A stretch of DNA of 64,000 nucleotides from positions 174,303 to 238,302 of the forward strand of contig CP066680.1 of NCBI GenBank assembly GCA_016432245.1, given 5' to 3'. Below are positions 16,718 to 26,726 of the stretch, in pieces. Both the position numbers and the translations under genes were made by a program. The stretch's first letter is position 1. Every line of letters starts with the position of its first letter. Under the pieces are notes generated by a model. It was not told the DNA's origin. It was given only the letters and a program-made list of their open reading frames with translations, and did not search any database. This DNA comes from Deltaproteobacteria bacterium. Lineage in GTDB: Bacteria > Myxococcota > UBA727 > JABDBI01.

Positions 16718-17308
16718 TTACTTTTTTGCACTGATAACCATCACAATATGCTGTCGGCCTTCCATTTTAGGAGAAGATTCCATTTCTATTTCCTGAGAAA
16801 ACCCTTCTAAAATGGATCTTAACATGTCAAACCCTATATCTGGATGCGCTGCTTCTCTTCCTTTTAAAAACACAACAACTTTTACCTTATTTCCTTCACT
16901 TATAAATTTCTTTATCTGCGTTACCTTTACATCTAAATCATTAGAACTAATTTTAGGTCTAAATTGAATCTCTTTCAACTCAACCACTTGTTGTTTCTTC
17001 TTTGCTTCGCTAGCATTTTTCTTTTGAACATATTTAAAGCGACCATAATCCATAATCTTACACACTGGAGGCTTTGCCATTGGAGATACCTCTACTAAAT
17101 CTAATTTTAGCACTCCTGCCTGCCTCAAAGCCTCAAATATCGATACCACCCCTAATTGCTCGCCTTGCTCTCCTATAAGCCTCACTTCAAGTGCATGAAT
17201 CCTCTTGTTTATTCGAGGCTCTTTTGCCCTCTGCACATAACGCTTATGATATTTATTTTTTATTCTTTTTCTAGATTTTGAATTTCTAGTTGACTCAGAT
17301 CCTCTCAT
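16718..17308 (-). CDS. infC: Translation initiation factor IF-3
   Basis: EVRLIGEQGEQLGVVSI, PPVCKIMDYGRFKY and the C-terminal domain. Has a basic N-terminal extension of about 20 aa. Confidence 0.9.
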   Translation of the reverse strand: MRGSESTRNSKSRKRIKNKYHKRYVQRAKEPRINKRIHALEVRLIGEQGEQLGVVSIFEALRQAGVLKLDLVEVSPMAKPPVCKIMDYGRFKYVQKKNASEAKKKQQVVELKEIQFRPKISSNDLDVKVTQIKKFISEGNKVKVVVFLKGREAAHPDIGFDMLRSILEGFSQEIEMESSPKMEGRQHIVMVISAKK

Positions 17309-17375
17309 TTATAACTCCTTATTAAACTATGTTTTTTTGATTTATTCAAGCATTTAATATTTTTTATTTTATTTT

Positions 17376-18671
17376 TCATGGACGAATCCTCTCAATGGTT
17401 CTTGCAAATGGTATAGCCTCCCTTAAATGGTGCAATCCACATATCCATGCAACAAGCCTTTCAATCCCCATTCCAAATCCAGAATGTACCACTGTCCCAT
17501 ACTGTCTTAAATCTAAATACCAACTAAAATCATACTCATTCAAGCCAGTATTCAAAATGTTTTTTTTTAAGGATTCATAATCCTCTTCACGTTGACTTCC
17601 TCCAATAATTTCTCCATACCCTTCTGGCGCTAATATATCCATACATTTAACAAATCGAACATCACTCTCATCTCTCTTCATATAAAAAGGCTTTACTTGC
17701 GCAGGATAATGCGTTACTACGATAGGTCTATCATGCATAAAGCTTAATTCCGTCTCTTGTGGTGCGCCAAAATCACCTTCTAACTGCTTATTCATTAACA
17801 ACTCTAATTTATGCTTTGCATCAACGTATGTCATTCGCACAAAGGGCCTCCTAAGCATTTTTAAAATAGTTAATTCTCGTTCTAAAATGTCGCTTAAATC
17901 TTTTTCATGTTTTTCTAAAACTTTACTAACTGTAAAACAAATTAATTCTTCTGCAACTTCTATGATTCTATCCAAGTCAGCAAATGCCATTTCTGGTTCT
18001 ACCATCCAAAACTCATTTAAATGCCTTCTAGTTTTACTTTTTTCGGCTCTAAAAACAGGACCAAAGCAATATGTTTTTCGAAAAGCCATACATGCTGCTT
18101 CTTGATATAACTGCCCAGATTGAGATAAATAAACACTTTCATTGTTTACCCATTTTGTATTAAATAACGTTGAGGTCTCTTCACATGAAGAAGCTGTAAA
18201 AATTGGACTGTCTACAAGAGTAAAATTATTTACCTCAAAATATTCTCTCACTGCATTTATTACCGCTGAACGGATTTTCAATATTAAATGCTGACGAGAA
18301 GATCTCAACCACAAATGGCGGTATTTCATTAAAAAACCATCACTATGATCTTTTTTACTTATAGGAAATTCTACAGTATTTTCGAATAAAATAGAATATA
18401 AACTTGCATGCACTTCAACCTCTTTATAAGGAGCCTTTTTTTCTATTCTTACAAAGCCCTTGATGGAAATTACAGATTCTACTAAAAGGCTAAGAATTTG
18501 ATTTACTTGAATAGTTGTAAATCTCTCTTTTAAAAATAACACTTGAATTACGCCGGTACCATCACGAATATTGATAAATACAATGTTACTAGTTTCACGC
18601 TTATTGTATACCCATCCTCGGATCTCTACCTCCTTATTAATATATTCCGTTATATAACAAATTTCAGTCAT
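17376..18671 (-). CDS. asnS: Asparaginyl-tRNA synthetase
   Basis: Class IIb: FRAEKSKTRRHLNEFWMVEPEMAF (motif 2, Asn-type) and GFGMGIERLVAWICG (motif 3). N-terminal OB fold. Confidence 0.85.
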   Translation of the reverse strand: MTEICYITEYINKEVEIRGWVYNKRETSNIVFINIRDGTGVIQVLFLKERFTTIQVNQILSLLVESVISIKGFVRIEKKAPYKEVEVHASLYSILFENTVEFPISKKDHSDGFLMKYRHLWLRSSRQHLILKIRSAVINAVREYFEVNNFTLVDSPIFTASSCEETSTLFNTKWVNNESVYLSQSGQLYQEAACMAFRKTYCFGPVFRAEKSKTRRHLNEFWMVEPEMAFADLDRIIEVAEELICFTVSKVLEKHEKDLSDILERELTILKMLRRPFVRMTYVDAKHKLELLMNKQLEGDFGAPQETELSFMHDRPIVVTHYPAQVKPFYMKRDESDVRFVKCMDILAPEGYGEIIGGSQREEDYESLKKNILNTGLNEYDFSWYLDLRQYGTVVHSGFGMGIERLVAWICGLHHLREAIPFARTIERIRP

Positions 18672-18785
18672 GTTTGTTTTATATTAATACCGCAAAAAAA
18701 AAGAGTCAATTTCATTTGTTAAATAAATACTAAATCTTTTTAAAAGTACTTGAAATACATTGATATTATCGCTAGACTTTGAAAG

Positions 18786-19025
18786 ATGAATTATAATCAG
18801 CATAATATTCACTATTTTTTTGACAAACACCATATCTATTTTGATACACGTATTTTAAAAAGAGTTTTACAAGATGGAAGATTAACTCACAATGTCTTAA
18901 ATGACTATATTAGCCAACTTCCAGATATTTCAGACCAGGCTGACGATCTTTATGAAATTATTTTTGAAAATAAACCCGAACAAACGGATGACGAACCTGA
19001 TCTGCCCTCCGACACGCTTCAATAA
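18786..19025 (+). CDS. Hypothetical small acidic protein (79 aa)
   Basis: ORF upstream of truA with an acidic C-terminal third (DISDQADDLYEIIFENKPEQTDDEPDLPSD). No family recognised and no obvious SD. Confidence 0.35.
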   Translation: MNYNQHNIHYFFDKHHIYFDTRILKRVLQDGRLTHNVLNDYISQLPDISDQADDLYEIIFENKPEQTDDEPDLPSDTLQ

Positions 19026-19048
19026 AACATTTTAATAAAATATTTTCT

Positions 19049-19885
19049 ATGGATAATTGGAGAATTTGGTTATCATACTCTGGTACTTGTTTTTCTGGGT
19101 TTCAAAAACAGCATAAGAGGCCTTCCGTTCAAAAAGAAATAGAACAAGCTTTTTTTTTCATACTTGGTTATATTCCAAGCCTACATGTAGCTGCCAGAAC
19201 AGACGCAGGTGTACATGCCATTGGTCAAGTAATTTCATGTAAATTTAAAAGTAGATTCACAAATAAATCACTGCAAAGTGCGATTTCTCACTTTTTAATA
19301 CCAGAAATTACAGTCTATAGAATAGACAAAATGCCCTTAATTTTTCATGCAAGAAATCATGCGATTGGAAAACTCTATACTTATAAAATCCTACAAAAAA
19401 ACATTCTACTTGCCCAAAAAAAAATATTTTTTCCTTTTAAATTAGATCCCTACAAAATGAGAATAGCGTCCCGTTATCTAGTCGGCGAACACGACTTTTC
19501 AAGTTTTCGGTCTAAAAGCTGTTCTTCAAACTCCCCCAATAGACTTATTTGGAAAATCTCTATAGGTATTCAACAATCTAAGGCATTCCAAAATACAAGC
19601 TTCAATTCAAGAAATTTCTCACCTCAAGAAATTAATATAAAAATTTTAGGAAATGCCTTTTGTCATAATATGGTCAGAATAATAATTGGTACTATAATTA
19701 AGGTAGGAAGTGGCAAGATAAACCCTGAACAATTAAAAAAAATTTTAAATGAAAAATCCAGAAATTTTTCAAATGTAACATCTCCTGCTAGTGGGCTTTA
19801 TCTAGAAGAAGTCTTTTATCCAGATACAATTAAAAATGCATTCCTTCCAAATTGGGCTATACTTCCTAAAGGTAATATAGGTTAA
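19049..19885 (+). CDS. truA: tRNA pseudouridine(38-40) synthase
   Basis: AARTDAGVHAIGQV catalytic-Asp motif, GEHDFSSF and FCHNMVR blocks. Confidence 0.9.
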   Translation: MDNWRIWLSYSGTCFSGFQKQHKRPSVQKEIEQAFFFILGYIPSLHVAARTDAGVHAIGQVISCKFKSRFTNKSLQSAISHFLIPEITVYRIDKMPLIFHARNHAIGKLYTYKILQKNILLAQKKIFFPFKLDPYKMRIASRYLVGEHDFSSFRSKSCSSNSPNRLIWKISIGIQQSKAFQNTSFNSRNFSPQEINIKILGNAFCHNMVRIIIGTIIKVGSGKINPEQLKKILNEKSRNFSNVTSPASGLYLEEVFYPDTIKNAFLPNWAILPKGNIG

Positions 19886-19888
19886 AAA

Positions 19889-20077
19889 ATGCTTAATCTT
19901 GGAATATTCGAACTTTCCACTATCATAATCCTTTCAATTATTCTTTTAAATCCTGCAAAAGTTCCAAAAACACTACTACTAACTATCTATAATGAATCTA
20001 TGCTTACAAAAATAAAAAAACATATAATAAAAAGAATAACCAAAATTCTTAACAAAAATAACAATTACGAACCCTAA
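19889..20077 (+). CDS. tatA: Twin-arginine translocase TatA/TatB-like component
   Basis: Pattern LGIFELSTIIILSIILLNPAKVPK: an N-terminal TM helix, then a hinge with conserved Pro, then an amphipathic Lys-rich helix. Immediately precedes tatC. Confidence 0.55.
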   Translation: MLNLGIFELSTIIILSIILLNPAKVPKTLLLTIYNESMLTKIKKHIIKRITKILNKNNNYEP

Positions 20078-20079
20078 TT

Positions 20080-20829
20080 ATGGACCTTAAAAAATATCCT
20101 ATATCCATTCACTTTACCGACCTCAAATATACACTAAAAAACATTTGCATTTGCCTTTTATGCAGTACCATTATTAGCTCATTTTATCTAGAGTCTTTGT
20201 TGAATTTCCTGTTGCACCCTATCCAAAGCTGCCTGACCTCTTCTCACAAAATAATAATATTAAGCCCTTATGAATTTTTCTTTATCCAAGCCAAAATCTT
20301 ATGCGCCAGTAGCCTAATTATTTCTAGTCCATGGATAATATTTTACTCCTGGTCCTTTATTCAACCCGGGATATATCATTCTGAAAAAAAAATTATCATA
20401 TCTCTATCCGCTTTATTTCTGCTTTGCTTTATAATAGGGTGCCTGTTTGCATATTTCTATGTAATGCCGTTTTCCTTTTCTTTTCTTATTAATTCTCTTC
20501 CTTCCTACATAGAATACCACTATTCGATATCTTCTCTCATTTCATTTTCTTTAAATTCTTTAATTTCCTTTGGACTTATATTTGAAATCCCAATTCTTAT
20601 TTTTTCAATTACATATTTTAAAATAGTTGAGGTAAATACATTATCTAAAAATCGAAGATATGTAATAATTTTATCATTTATCATTGCCGCAATCATAACT
20701 CCAACTTCAGATCCACTAATTCAAACTATTACAGCAATTCCACTAATCTTTTTTTTTGAAATAGGACTACTTTGCTCCAAGATTTGCACATCACTTACCA
20801 ATGCAAAACGAACTAAAAATTTGCTCTAA
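20080..20829 (+). CDS. tatC: Twin-arginine translocase subunit TatC
   Basis: Six hydrophobic segments, an IITPTSDPLIQ block typical of TatC, and about 250 aa. Confidence 0.8.
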   Translation: MDLKKYPISIHFTDLKYTLKNICICLLCSTIISSFYLESLLNFLLHPIQSCLTSSHKIIILSPYEFFFIQAKILCASSLIISSPWIIFYSWSFIQPGIYHSEKKIIISLSALFLLCFIIGCLFAYFYVMPFSFSFLINSLPSYIEYHYSISSLISFSLNSLISFGLIFEIPILIFSITYFKIVEVNTLSKNRRYVIILSFIIAAIITPTSDPLIQTITAIPLIFFFEIGLLCSKICTSLTNAKRTKNLL

Positions 20830-22098
20830 AACACCATTTCTAATATTCTTTCCATACAAACTCTCTAATGATGTAAGAATATAATTTAATTCTTCAGCTA
20901 CAAATTCTTCTTTCCCAAAGGCATCGTTTTCTGACAATAATAGCAATACATTATTTAACCCTGTATATATCTTATCAAATTCATTTTTTTGTCGCTTATT
21001 TATCGCAATATTGTACTCTAATGAAAAATCTTCCTCAAAAAATATAATCGAAATAACTGACTTAATCAAAACAGATATTGCACAATGGGTTTTTCCTGAA
21101 ATGCCTTTGCAATTCTCATGTAAATCAATCTTATTAAATACTTCTATGATCGAATTTTCCAATAAACATAAATCAAAATACATACTCTCATTACAAGTTT
21201 CTAATACCAAAGCAATAACAAGGCAAACTGTTTTTATTTTTTCTTTTGTCTTATGAATTCCCATCTTTTCCACAGGGTCTTGTGCATCTTTATGTAAACC
21301 GGCAGTATCAATAAATGTAAAACTAAATCCATCTGTAACAAATTCAACATCTATAATATCTCTTGTGGTGCCTGGTAAATCATACACTAAAGATTTGTCT
21401 TGCCCACTGATCGAATTTAGAAGTGTTGATTTTCCAACATTCGGCATTCCACAAATTGCTATGGAAAATCCTTCCATCATTTTAGTTTGAAAATAATGAG
21501 ACTTTAATATGGTTTTTATTTTATCAATTAAGCACCTTAGCTCATTTTTGTATAAACCCCACTGAATACAAGGTATTAATTCCTCTGGAAAATTTAAACG
21601 CACTTCAATCTCAGACAATAACTTTATGACTAATTCAGAAATGGCGTCTAAATAAGAAAGATTCTCTCTACTGAGACTTGTTAGTGCAAACTTTAATAGT
21701 CTCTCCGACTTGGCAGAAATTAAAGCACAAATCGATTCTGCTTGCATCAAATTAATCTTTCCAGATAAAAAAGACCTCTTTGTAAACTCTCCTGGACTTG
21801 CAAATACAGCTCCTGCGTTCTCTAATTTTTCAAATATAAGACTGATTATTACCGGATTTCCATGAGATATTACTTCAAAACTCTTCTCTCCGGTAAAGCT
21901 TTTATGATTTGGATACTTAACACAGATAACATCATCTATACCACTAAAAGTTCCTCTAGTGACTACAAAATTTTTTTGTTTTCCAGATAATGGCTTAAAT
22001 ACTGTTTTTAAAATATCATGCGATTTAGGACCCGAAACTCGAATCAATGCTAATGCACTTCGACCTGGTGGTGTTGCCAATGCATATATTGTTGTCAT
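20791..22098 (-). CDS. mnmE: tRNA modification GTPase MnmE
   Basis: GMPNVGKSTLLN, DLPGTTRD and DTAG G-motifs, with the diagnostic C-terminal FCIGK. Confidence 0.9.
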   Translation of the reverse strand: MTTIYALATPPGRSALALIRVSGPKSHDILKTVFKPLSGKQKNFVVTRGTFSGIDDVICVKYPNHKSFTGEKSFEVISHGNPVIISLIFEKLENAGAVFASPGEFTKRSFLSGKINLMQAESICALISAKSERLLKFALTSLSRENLSYLDAISELVIKLLSEIEVRLNFPEELIPCIQWGLYKNELRCLIDKIKTILKSHYFQTKMMEGFSIAICGMPNVGKSTLLNSISGQDKSLVYDLPGTTRDIIDVEFVTDGFSFTFIDTAGLHKDAQDPVEKMGIHKTKEKIKTVCLVIALVLETCNESMYFDLCLLENSIIEVFNKIDLHENCKGISGKTHCAISVLIKSVISIIFFEEDFSLEYNIAINKRQKNEFDKIYTGLNNVLLLLSENDAFGKEEFVAEELNYILTSLESLYGKNIRNGVLEQIFSSFCIGK

Positions 22099-23807
22099 AT
22101 TATATTAGTAATCTTTTTTTTTATAATTCTAAACAAATCTTGAACTATTGGTGTCACCCCATAAATTTTTGAAAGATCACAAAATGTTCGTGGACGATAT
22201 CGCTTAATCTTATCGCTCATTTCTCGACTTAATCCTGGAATGTCCATCTCAAAAATGCATTCTGGTATTGCATCATTAAAATCTGACTCTTGAGAGCTTT
22301 GCTCTTTTTGCATACGAATAAGATACTTAGAGTATCGATCCTCTGTATCTATCCTGGATTTAATACTGTATGCGCAATCATGGTTTTTCGATTTTGCAAT
22401 ACTTTCTTCAAAAAAAGATAATCTATCATAATCCTTAGAAGACAACAGTCCTATTCTGTACCCAAAATGAACAAGCCTTTGATATACATTGTCCTCTCTT
22501 AAATAAAGACGATATTGAGCCCTCGATGTCAACATTCTATACGGCTCTTCTGTTCCATTATGAACTAGATCATTTACCATCACTCCAATATACGACTGTG
22601 AAGGACATAATATAAGAGGCTCCTTTCCAAAAAACTCTAAAGCAACGTTTACTCCTGCAACTAATCCCTGAGCCGCTGCTTCTTCATATCCTGTAGTTCC
22701 GTTAATTTGACCTGCAAGAAAAAAACCTTTAATAGATTTCAAAGCCAATCTCGCATCTAATTGTGTCGGCTTAACAAAATCATATTCAACTGCATATCCC
22801 CATCTTGTTACCCGCGCTGTTTCCAATCCTTTTATAGATCTTAAAAATTTAATTTGTGCTTTTGGCGGTAAAGAGGTCGATAAACCATTAATATAATACT
22901 CAGTAGAATCTATGCCTTGTGGTTCTAAAAATATTAAATGAGATTCCTTATGTGGAAATCGCTCTACTTTATCTTCTATGCTAGGACAATAACGTGGCCC
23001 TTTAGAAGAAAGCTTGCCATTAAAAATCGGAGACAATCCTTGCATTACAAACTCATGTATAAGACAGTGGCTTATTGCATTTGTACTAGTCAAAAAACAA
23101 GAAACTTGTTTCAAAAAAGGTTTTCTACTTGAAAACGAAAACATAGGTGCTGGATCTTGCGGACGTTGTTCCTCTAAACAAGAAAGATTAACACTTCTAG
23201 AATCCAATCTAGGACATGTGCCTGTTTTTAATCTGCCTAATTCTATACCAAGGTTATAAAGACTCAATGCAAGACTGTTGGAAGAGGATTCTCCTATCCT
23301 CCCACCTCCATTTTCTCGGTCCCCTAAATGAATCTTTCCATTTAAAAACGTTCCTGTGCATAAAATAACAAAGCTTGAAAACAATATTTCACCTTGAACT
23401 AATTTTACACCAATTACTTGTTCTTTTTTTACTAGGATTTCTGCAACCTCTGATTGTATGATTGTTAAATCTTCTAACTTGGATAATTCACATAAAACAT
23501 TTAATCTGTAAACTTCTAAATCAATTTGACATCTTGTGGCCCTTACAGCTGGTCCCTTTGAAGCGTTTAGCATTTGAAAATGTATACCACTTCTATCAGC
23601 CATTTGTGCCATTTTTCCACCTAAAGCATCTATTTCTTTTACCAAATGTCCCTTGCCCACTCCACCTATTGCCGGATTACAACTAATTGAAGAAACTCTA
23701 TCAAAAAGGCCTGTAATCAGCAATGTTTTCATCCCCATTGAAGATGTCGCAACCGATGCTTCACAACCTGCATGGCCTCCTCCTACAATTATAACATCCC
23801 ACTTCAT
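22095..23807 (-). CDS. mnmG: tRNA uridine 5-carboxymethylaminomethyl modification enzyme MnmG
   Basis: VIIVGGGHAGCEAS FAD site and GQINGTTGYEEAAAQG. Overlaps mnmE by 4 nt. Confidence 0.95.
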   Translation of the reverse strand: MKWDVIIVGGGHAGCEASVATSSMGMKTLLITGLFDRVSSISCNPAIGGVGKGHLVKEIDALGGKMAQMADRSGIHFQMLNASKGPAVRATRCQIDLEVYRLNVLCELSKLEDLTIIQSEVAEILVKKEQVIGVKLVQGEILFSSFVILCTGTFLNGKIHLGDRENGGGRIGESSSNSLALSLYNLGIELGRLKTGTCPRLDSRSVNLSCLEEQRPQDPAPMFSFSSRKPFLKQVSCFLTSTNAISHCLIHEFVMQGLSPIFNGKLSSKGPRYCPSIEDKVERFPHKESHLIFLEPQGIDSTEYYINGLSTSLPPKAQIKFLRSIKGLETARVTRWGYAVEYDFVKPTQLDARLALKSIKGFFLAGQINGTTGYEEAAAQGLVAGVNVALEFFGKEPLILCPSQSYIGVMVNDLVHNGTEEPYRMLTSRAQYRLYLREDNVYQRLVHFGYRIGLLSSKDYDRLSFFEESIAKSKNHDCAYSIKSRIDTEDRYSKYLIRMQKEQSSQESDFNDAIPECIFEMDIPGLSREMSDKIKRYRPRTFCDLSKIYGVTPIVQDLFRIIKKKITNII

Positions 23808-23821
23808 ATTTTATCTTTTTT

Positions 23822-23893
23822 TGACCTCTACGGGATTCGAACCCGTATTTATAGCATGAGAGGCTATCGTCCTAACCCTTAGACTAAGAGGCC
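23822..23893 (-). tRNA. tRNA-Glu (anticodon CTC)
   Basis: GGCCTCT acceptor stem, Glu-type D arm GTCT-AAGGGTTA-GGAC, anticodon loop CTCTCAT, 4-nt variable loop. Lies 14 nt upstream of mnmG. Confidence 0.85.
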
Positions 23894-23900
23894 TTGAAAA

Positions 23901-23928
23901 AATATATCACACTTTTTTTAATTCACAA
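23901..23928 (-). promoter_or_regulatory. Extended -10 promoter for tRNA-Glu / mnmG-mnmE
   Basis: The minus strand reads TTGTGA, 16-nt spacer, TG-A-TATATT. The tRNA 5' end is 8 nt downstream of the -10 hexamer. Confidence 0.4.
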
Positions 23929-24010
23929 AGCTTATTATTAATTAAAAATTAATTAAAAAAATATAATCAACCTCTTTAGTTTTATTTCAAATTAATATAT
24001 ATGTATAATT

Positions 24011-25417
24011 ATGAAAATAATATTTTTTCTATTTAAGATGGTTCCAATACTTGGATTAGTGGTCTATGCAGGAGTAAATTCTGCTCATAACGTAAACTTA
24101 AATGAAAATCTTTGGTCAGAATTATCTGAATCTCAACGATTATCTCATGCAGTTAGCTTTCCTTCATTGGCTCCTCTAGTCCAGAGGATTAAACCATCTG
24201 TGATCACTGTAAACACAGAATACACAACAGCTATTTCGCCTTCTTTCAATGATTTTTTTTCTTTTCTAGAGCCCCATTCAGGGCCTAAATCGTTTAAAAG
24301 TGCCGGCGTTGGTAGTGGTTTTATTATAAATTCTGAAGGCATTGTTGTTACAAATTATCATGTAATCGAAAACGCCTCTAGAATAAGGATTAAAGCATCT
24401 GAAAGCACTAGAGAATATGATGTAGATATTCTTGGAACTGACCCAGAAAACGATATCGCTCTTCTACAAATTAAAAGTAAACGTTCTGATTGGCCAGTAT
24501 TACCTCTAGGTCGCTCATCTACGGTTAATGTCGGGGATTTTGCTATCGCAATTGGAAACCCTCTTGGATTGGAAAACTCAATATCATTTGGACCAATATC
24601 TGCGATTGGTCGTCGTCACGTTCAGCCGTCTGGAAAACGTGGTCTTTTTGACTTTATTCAAATTAATGCAACTATCAATCCGGGAAATTCAGGTGGCCCT
24701 CTTGTAAATTTAGCAGGAGAAGTTATAGCTATCAATACTGCTATTACAGCTTCCGGACAAGGTATCGCTTTTTCCATACCGATTGATCAAGTCAAACATA
24801 TTTTATATCAATTAAAAAAATACGGTAAAGTTATCCGAGCCGGCATTGGTATTAAAGCAGAAATGTTATCTGCAGAAATAGCTAACGAAATAGGAGTTCC
24901 CGTCCCGTATGGAATTTTGGTCAGAGAAGTTTTTCCTAACTCACCTGCCGCAAAAATTAAGCTTCAACCAGGAGATGTCATTATAGAATTTCATGGAAAA
25001 AAATTACATGATCCATACGTCATGCCTGCAGAAGCCAATATTGCAGGTGCTGGCGCATCTGTACCTATTAAAGTATACCGAAATAAAAAGCTTTATACAT
25101 TTACTATTACTCTTAAATCTTTAGAGGAAATTCAAAACGTTCCTGGCCAAAGAATTATTGAAAGTCTTGGAATTCAAATAGAAAACTATGCAGATAATGA
25201 AATTGAAGGTGCACGCATAATTACTATACCTCCCTCCTCACTTGCCGCAATGGCGGGTTTTGAAAAATTCGATATCATATATAGTCTAAATGACACAACT
25301 ATTCGTCATACAACTGCTTTCCATATTGTTTTACGAAAAGCCAAGTCAGGTCAACTTTTAAAATTTGGAGTAAAAAGAGGCAATGCGTATGTTCTCATTC
25401 TGATGAGAAAGCCATGA
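24011..25417 (+). CDS. htrA: Periplasmic serine endoprotease HtrA/DegP family
   Basis: N-terminal signal peptide, trypsin-fold triad context (TNYHV, DIALLQ, GNSGGPLVN) and two PDZ-like C-terminal regions. Confidence 0.9.
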   Translation: MKIIFFLFKMVPILGLVVYAGVNSAHNVNLNENLWSELSESQRLSHAVSFPSLAPLVQRIKPSVITVNTEYTTAISPSFNDFFSFLEPHSGPKSFKSAGVGSGFIINSEGIVVTNYHVIENASRIRIKASESTREYDVDILGTDPENDIALLQIKSKRSDWPVLPLGRSSTVNVGDFAIAIGNPLGLENSISFGPISAIGRRHVQPSGKRGLFDFIQINATINPGNSGGPLVNLAGEVIAINTAITASGQGIAFSIPIDQVKHILYQLKKYGKVIRAGIGIKAEMLSAEIANEIGVPVPYGILVREVFPNSPAAKIKLQPGDVIIEFHGKKLHDPYVMPAEANIAGAGASVPIKVYRNKKLYTFTITLKSLEEIQNVPGQRIIESLGIQIENYADNEIEGARIITIPPSSLAAMAGFEKFDIIYSLNDTTIRHTTAFHIVLRKAKSGQLLKFGVKRGNAYVLILMRKP

Positions 25418-25422
25418 AAATC

Positions 25423-25968
25423 TTATAGAGTCATGATTTCTTTTTCTTTATTTTTAGAAATTAAAATTAACTCATTTATCTTTGTATCGGTTTTTTCCTG
25501 AATAACTTTTAATAGTCTTTTTTCTTCATCTTCTTCTGTTATCATCTTTTTTACATCTTCATTCAATGATCGTCTAATATTTCTTATTGAAACTTTTGAT
25601 TCTTCCAAAAAAGTTTGTACTTGCTTTAATAAGTCTCTACGTTTTTCTTCTGTTGGTTCTGGTATATTAATATTTACGCTATCACCTTGAATCAAGGGAA
25701 CTAGCCCAAGATTGGATGATAAGATAGCCTTTTCAATTGATTTTATAAGACTCTTATCCCATGGCTTAATCGTAAAACATCTCAAACCTAAAGAGCTCAA
25801 TACTGAAATCTGATCCAAAGGTACTTTTTCACCAAAATAATCAACCCTAATTGAATCAAATATATGGATATTGCTTCTTCCACTCTGTAATTTTCTCAAT
25901 TGACTTTTTAAAAGCTCAATTACATTCCCCATCTCTTCTTCTAGTTGACAAATATACGTATTATGCAT
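25423..25968 (-). CDS. frr: Ribosome recycling factor
   Basis: LQSGRSNIHIFDSIRVDYFG and PEPTEEKRRDL blocks. Follows pyrH, as in the canonical pyrH-frr order. Confidence 0.85.
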   Translation of the reverse strand: MHNTYICQLEEEMGNVIELLKSQLRKLQSGRSNIHIFDSIRVDYFGEKVPLDQISVLSSLGLRCFTIKPWDKSLIKSIEKAILSSNLGLVPLIQGDSVNINIPEPTEEKRRDLLKQVQTFLEESKVSIRNIRRSLNEDVKKMITEEDEEKRLLKVIQEKTDTKINELILISKNKEKEIMTL

Positions 25969-25977
25969 ATGACTCCA

Positions 25978-26679
25978 TCAATATATTACAGTTCCCTCGC
26001 TCCTCTCGTCAATAAGATATGACAATTTTCTTATATGCTTCATGTTCAAAACATATATAGGAATAAGAAAATCTCTACACAAAGTAACAGCTGAAAGATC
26101 CATTACATTAATCTTTTTAATTAAAAATTCATCATAAGATATTTCATTATATAATATTGCTCTTGAATTAGCTACGGGGTCTTCATTGTAAACTCCGTCT
26201 ACCTTTGTTAATTTTATTAACCAATCAGCACCGTGCTCTATCGCTCGTATAGCCGCTGACGTGTCCGTTGAAAAATAAGGAATTCCTGTCCCGCCCCCTA
26301 CTATAACAATGTTTCTATCCTTAAATGCATTTTCTGCTTTTTCTACACTATATTCTTCACAGAAATTTCCTACTTGAATTGTCGAATATAATACTGACGG
26401 AACACCCTCTTTTTTTAATGCATCACATAAAGCAAGTGAATTAATGATAGTAGCTATCATCCCCATAGAATCTACGGACAATCTACTAATATTGTATTCT
26501 TTATGTTGAGCTCCTCGTAAAAAGTTTCCACCTCCTAAAACTATTAAAAGTAAAAATCCAAAATTATATAAATACTTCAAATCACTTGCTACTTTATAAA
26601 CGTTTTCGATGGAAAAACCAGAACCTTGTGTATCCTTTTGCAATGACTCGCCTGATATCTTAAGTACGATTTTCTTCAT
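25978..26679 (-). CDS. pyrH: Uridylate kinase
   Basis: VLKISGESL, VLGGGNFLRG and GGTGIPYFSTDTSAA blocks. Confidence 0.9.
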   Translation of the reverse strand: MKKIVLKISGESLQKDTQGSGFSIENVYKVASDLKYLYNFGFLLLIVLGGGNFLRGAQHKEYNISRLSVDSMGMIATIINSLALCDALKKEGVPSVLYSTIQVGNFCEEYSVEKAENAFKDRNIVIVGGGTGIPYFSTDTSAAIRAIEHGADWLIKLTKVDGVYNEDPVANSRAILYNEISYDEFLIKKINVMDLSAVTLCRDFLIPIYVLNMKHIRKLSYLIDERSEGTVIY

Positions 26680-26726
26680 ATTTTATATTCTACCCTTCAA
26701 CTCTCAATTGCGCAATGCTTTAAAAC

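Noticed and set aside
23934-23962. Clustered TTAATTAA palindromes upstream of htrA, considered as an operator or repeat element.
   Set aside because: Pure A/T low-complexity sequence, with no second copy noticed elsewhere in the window. Indistinguishable from background composition.
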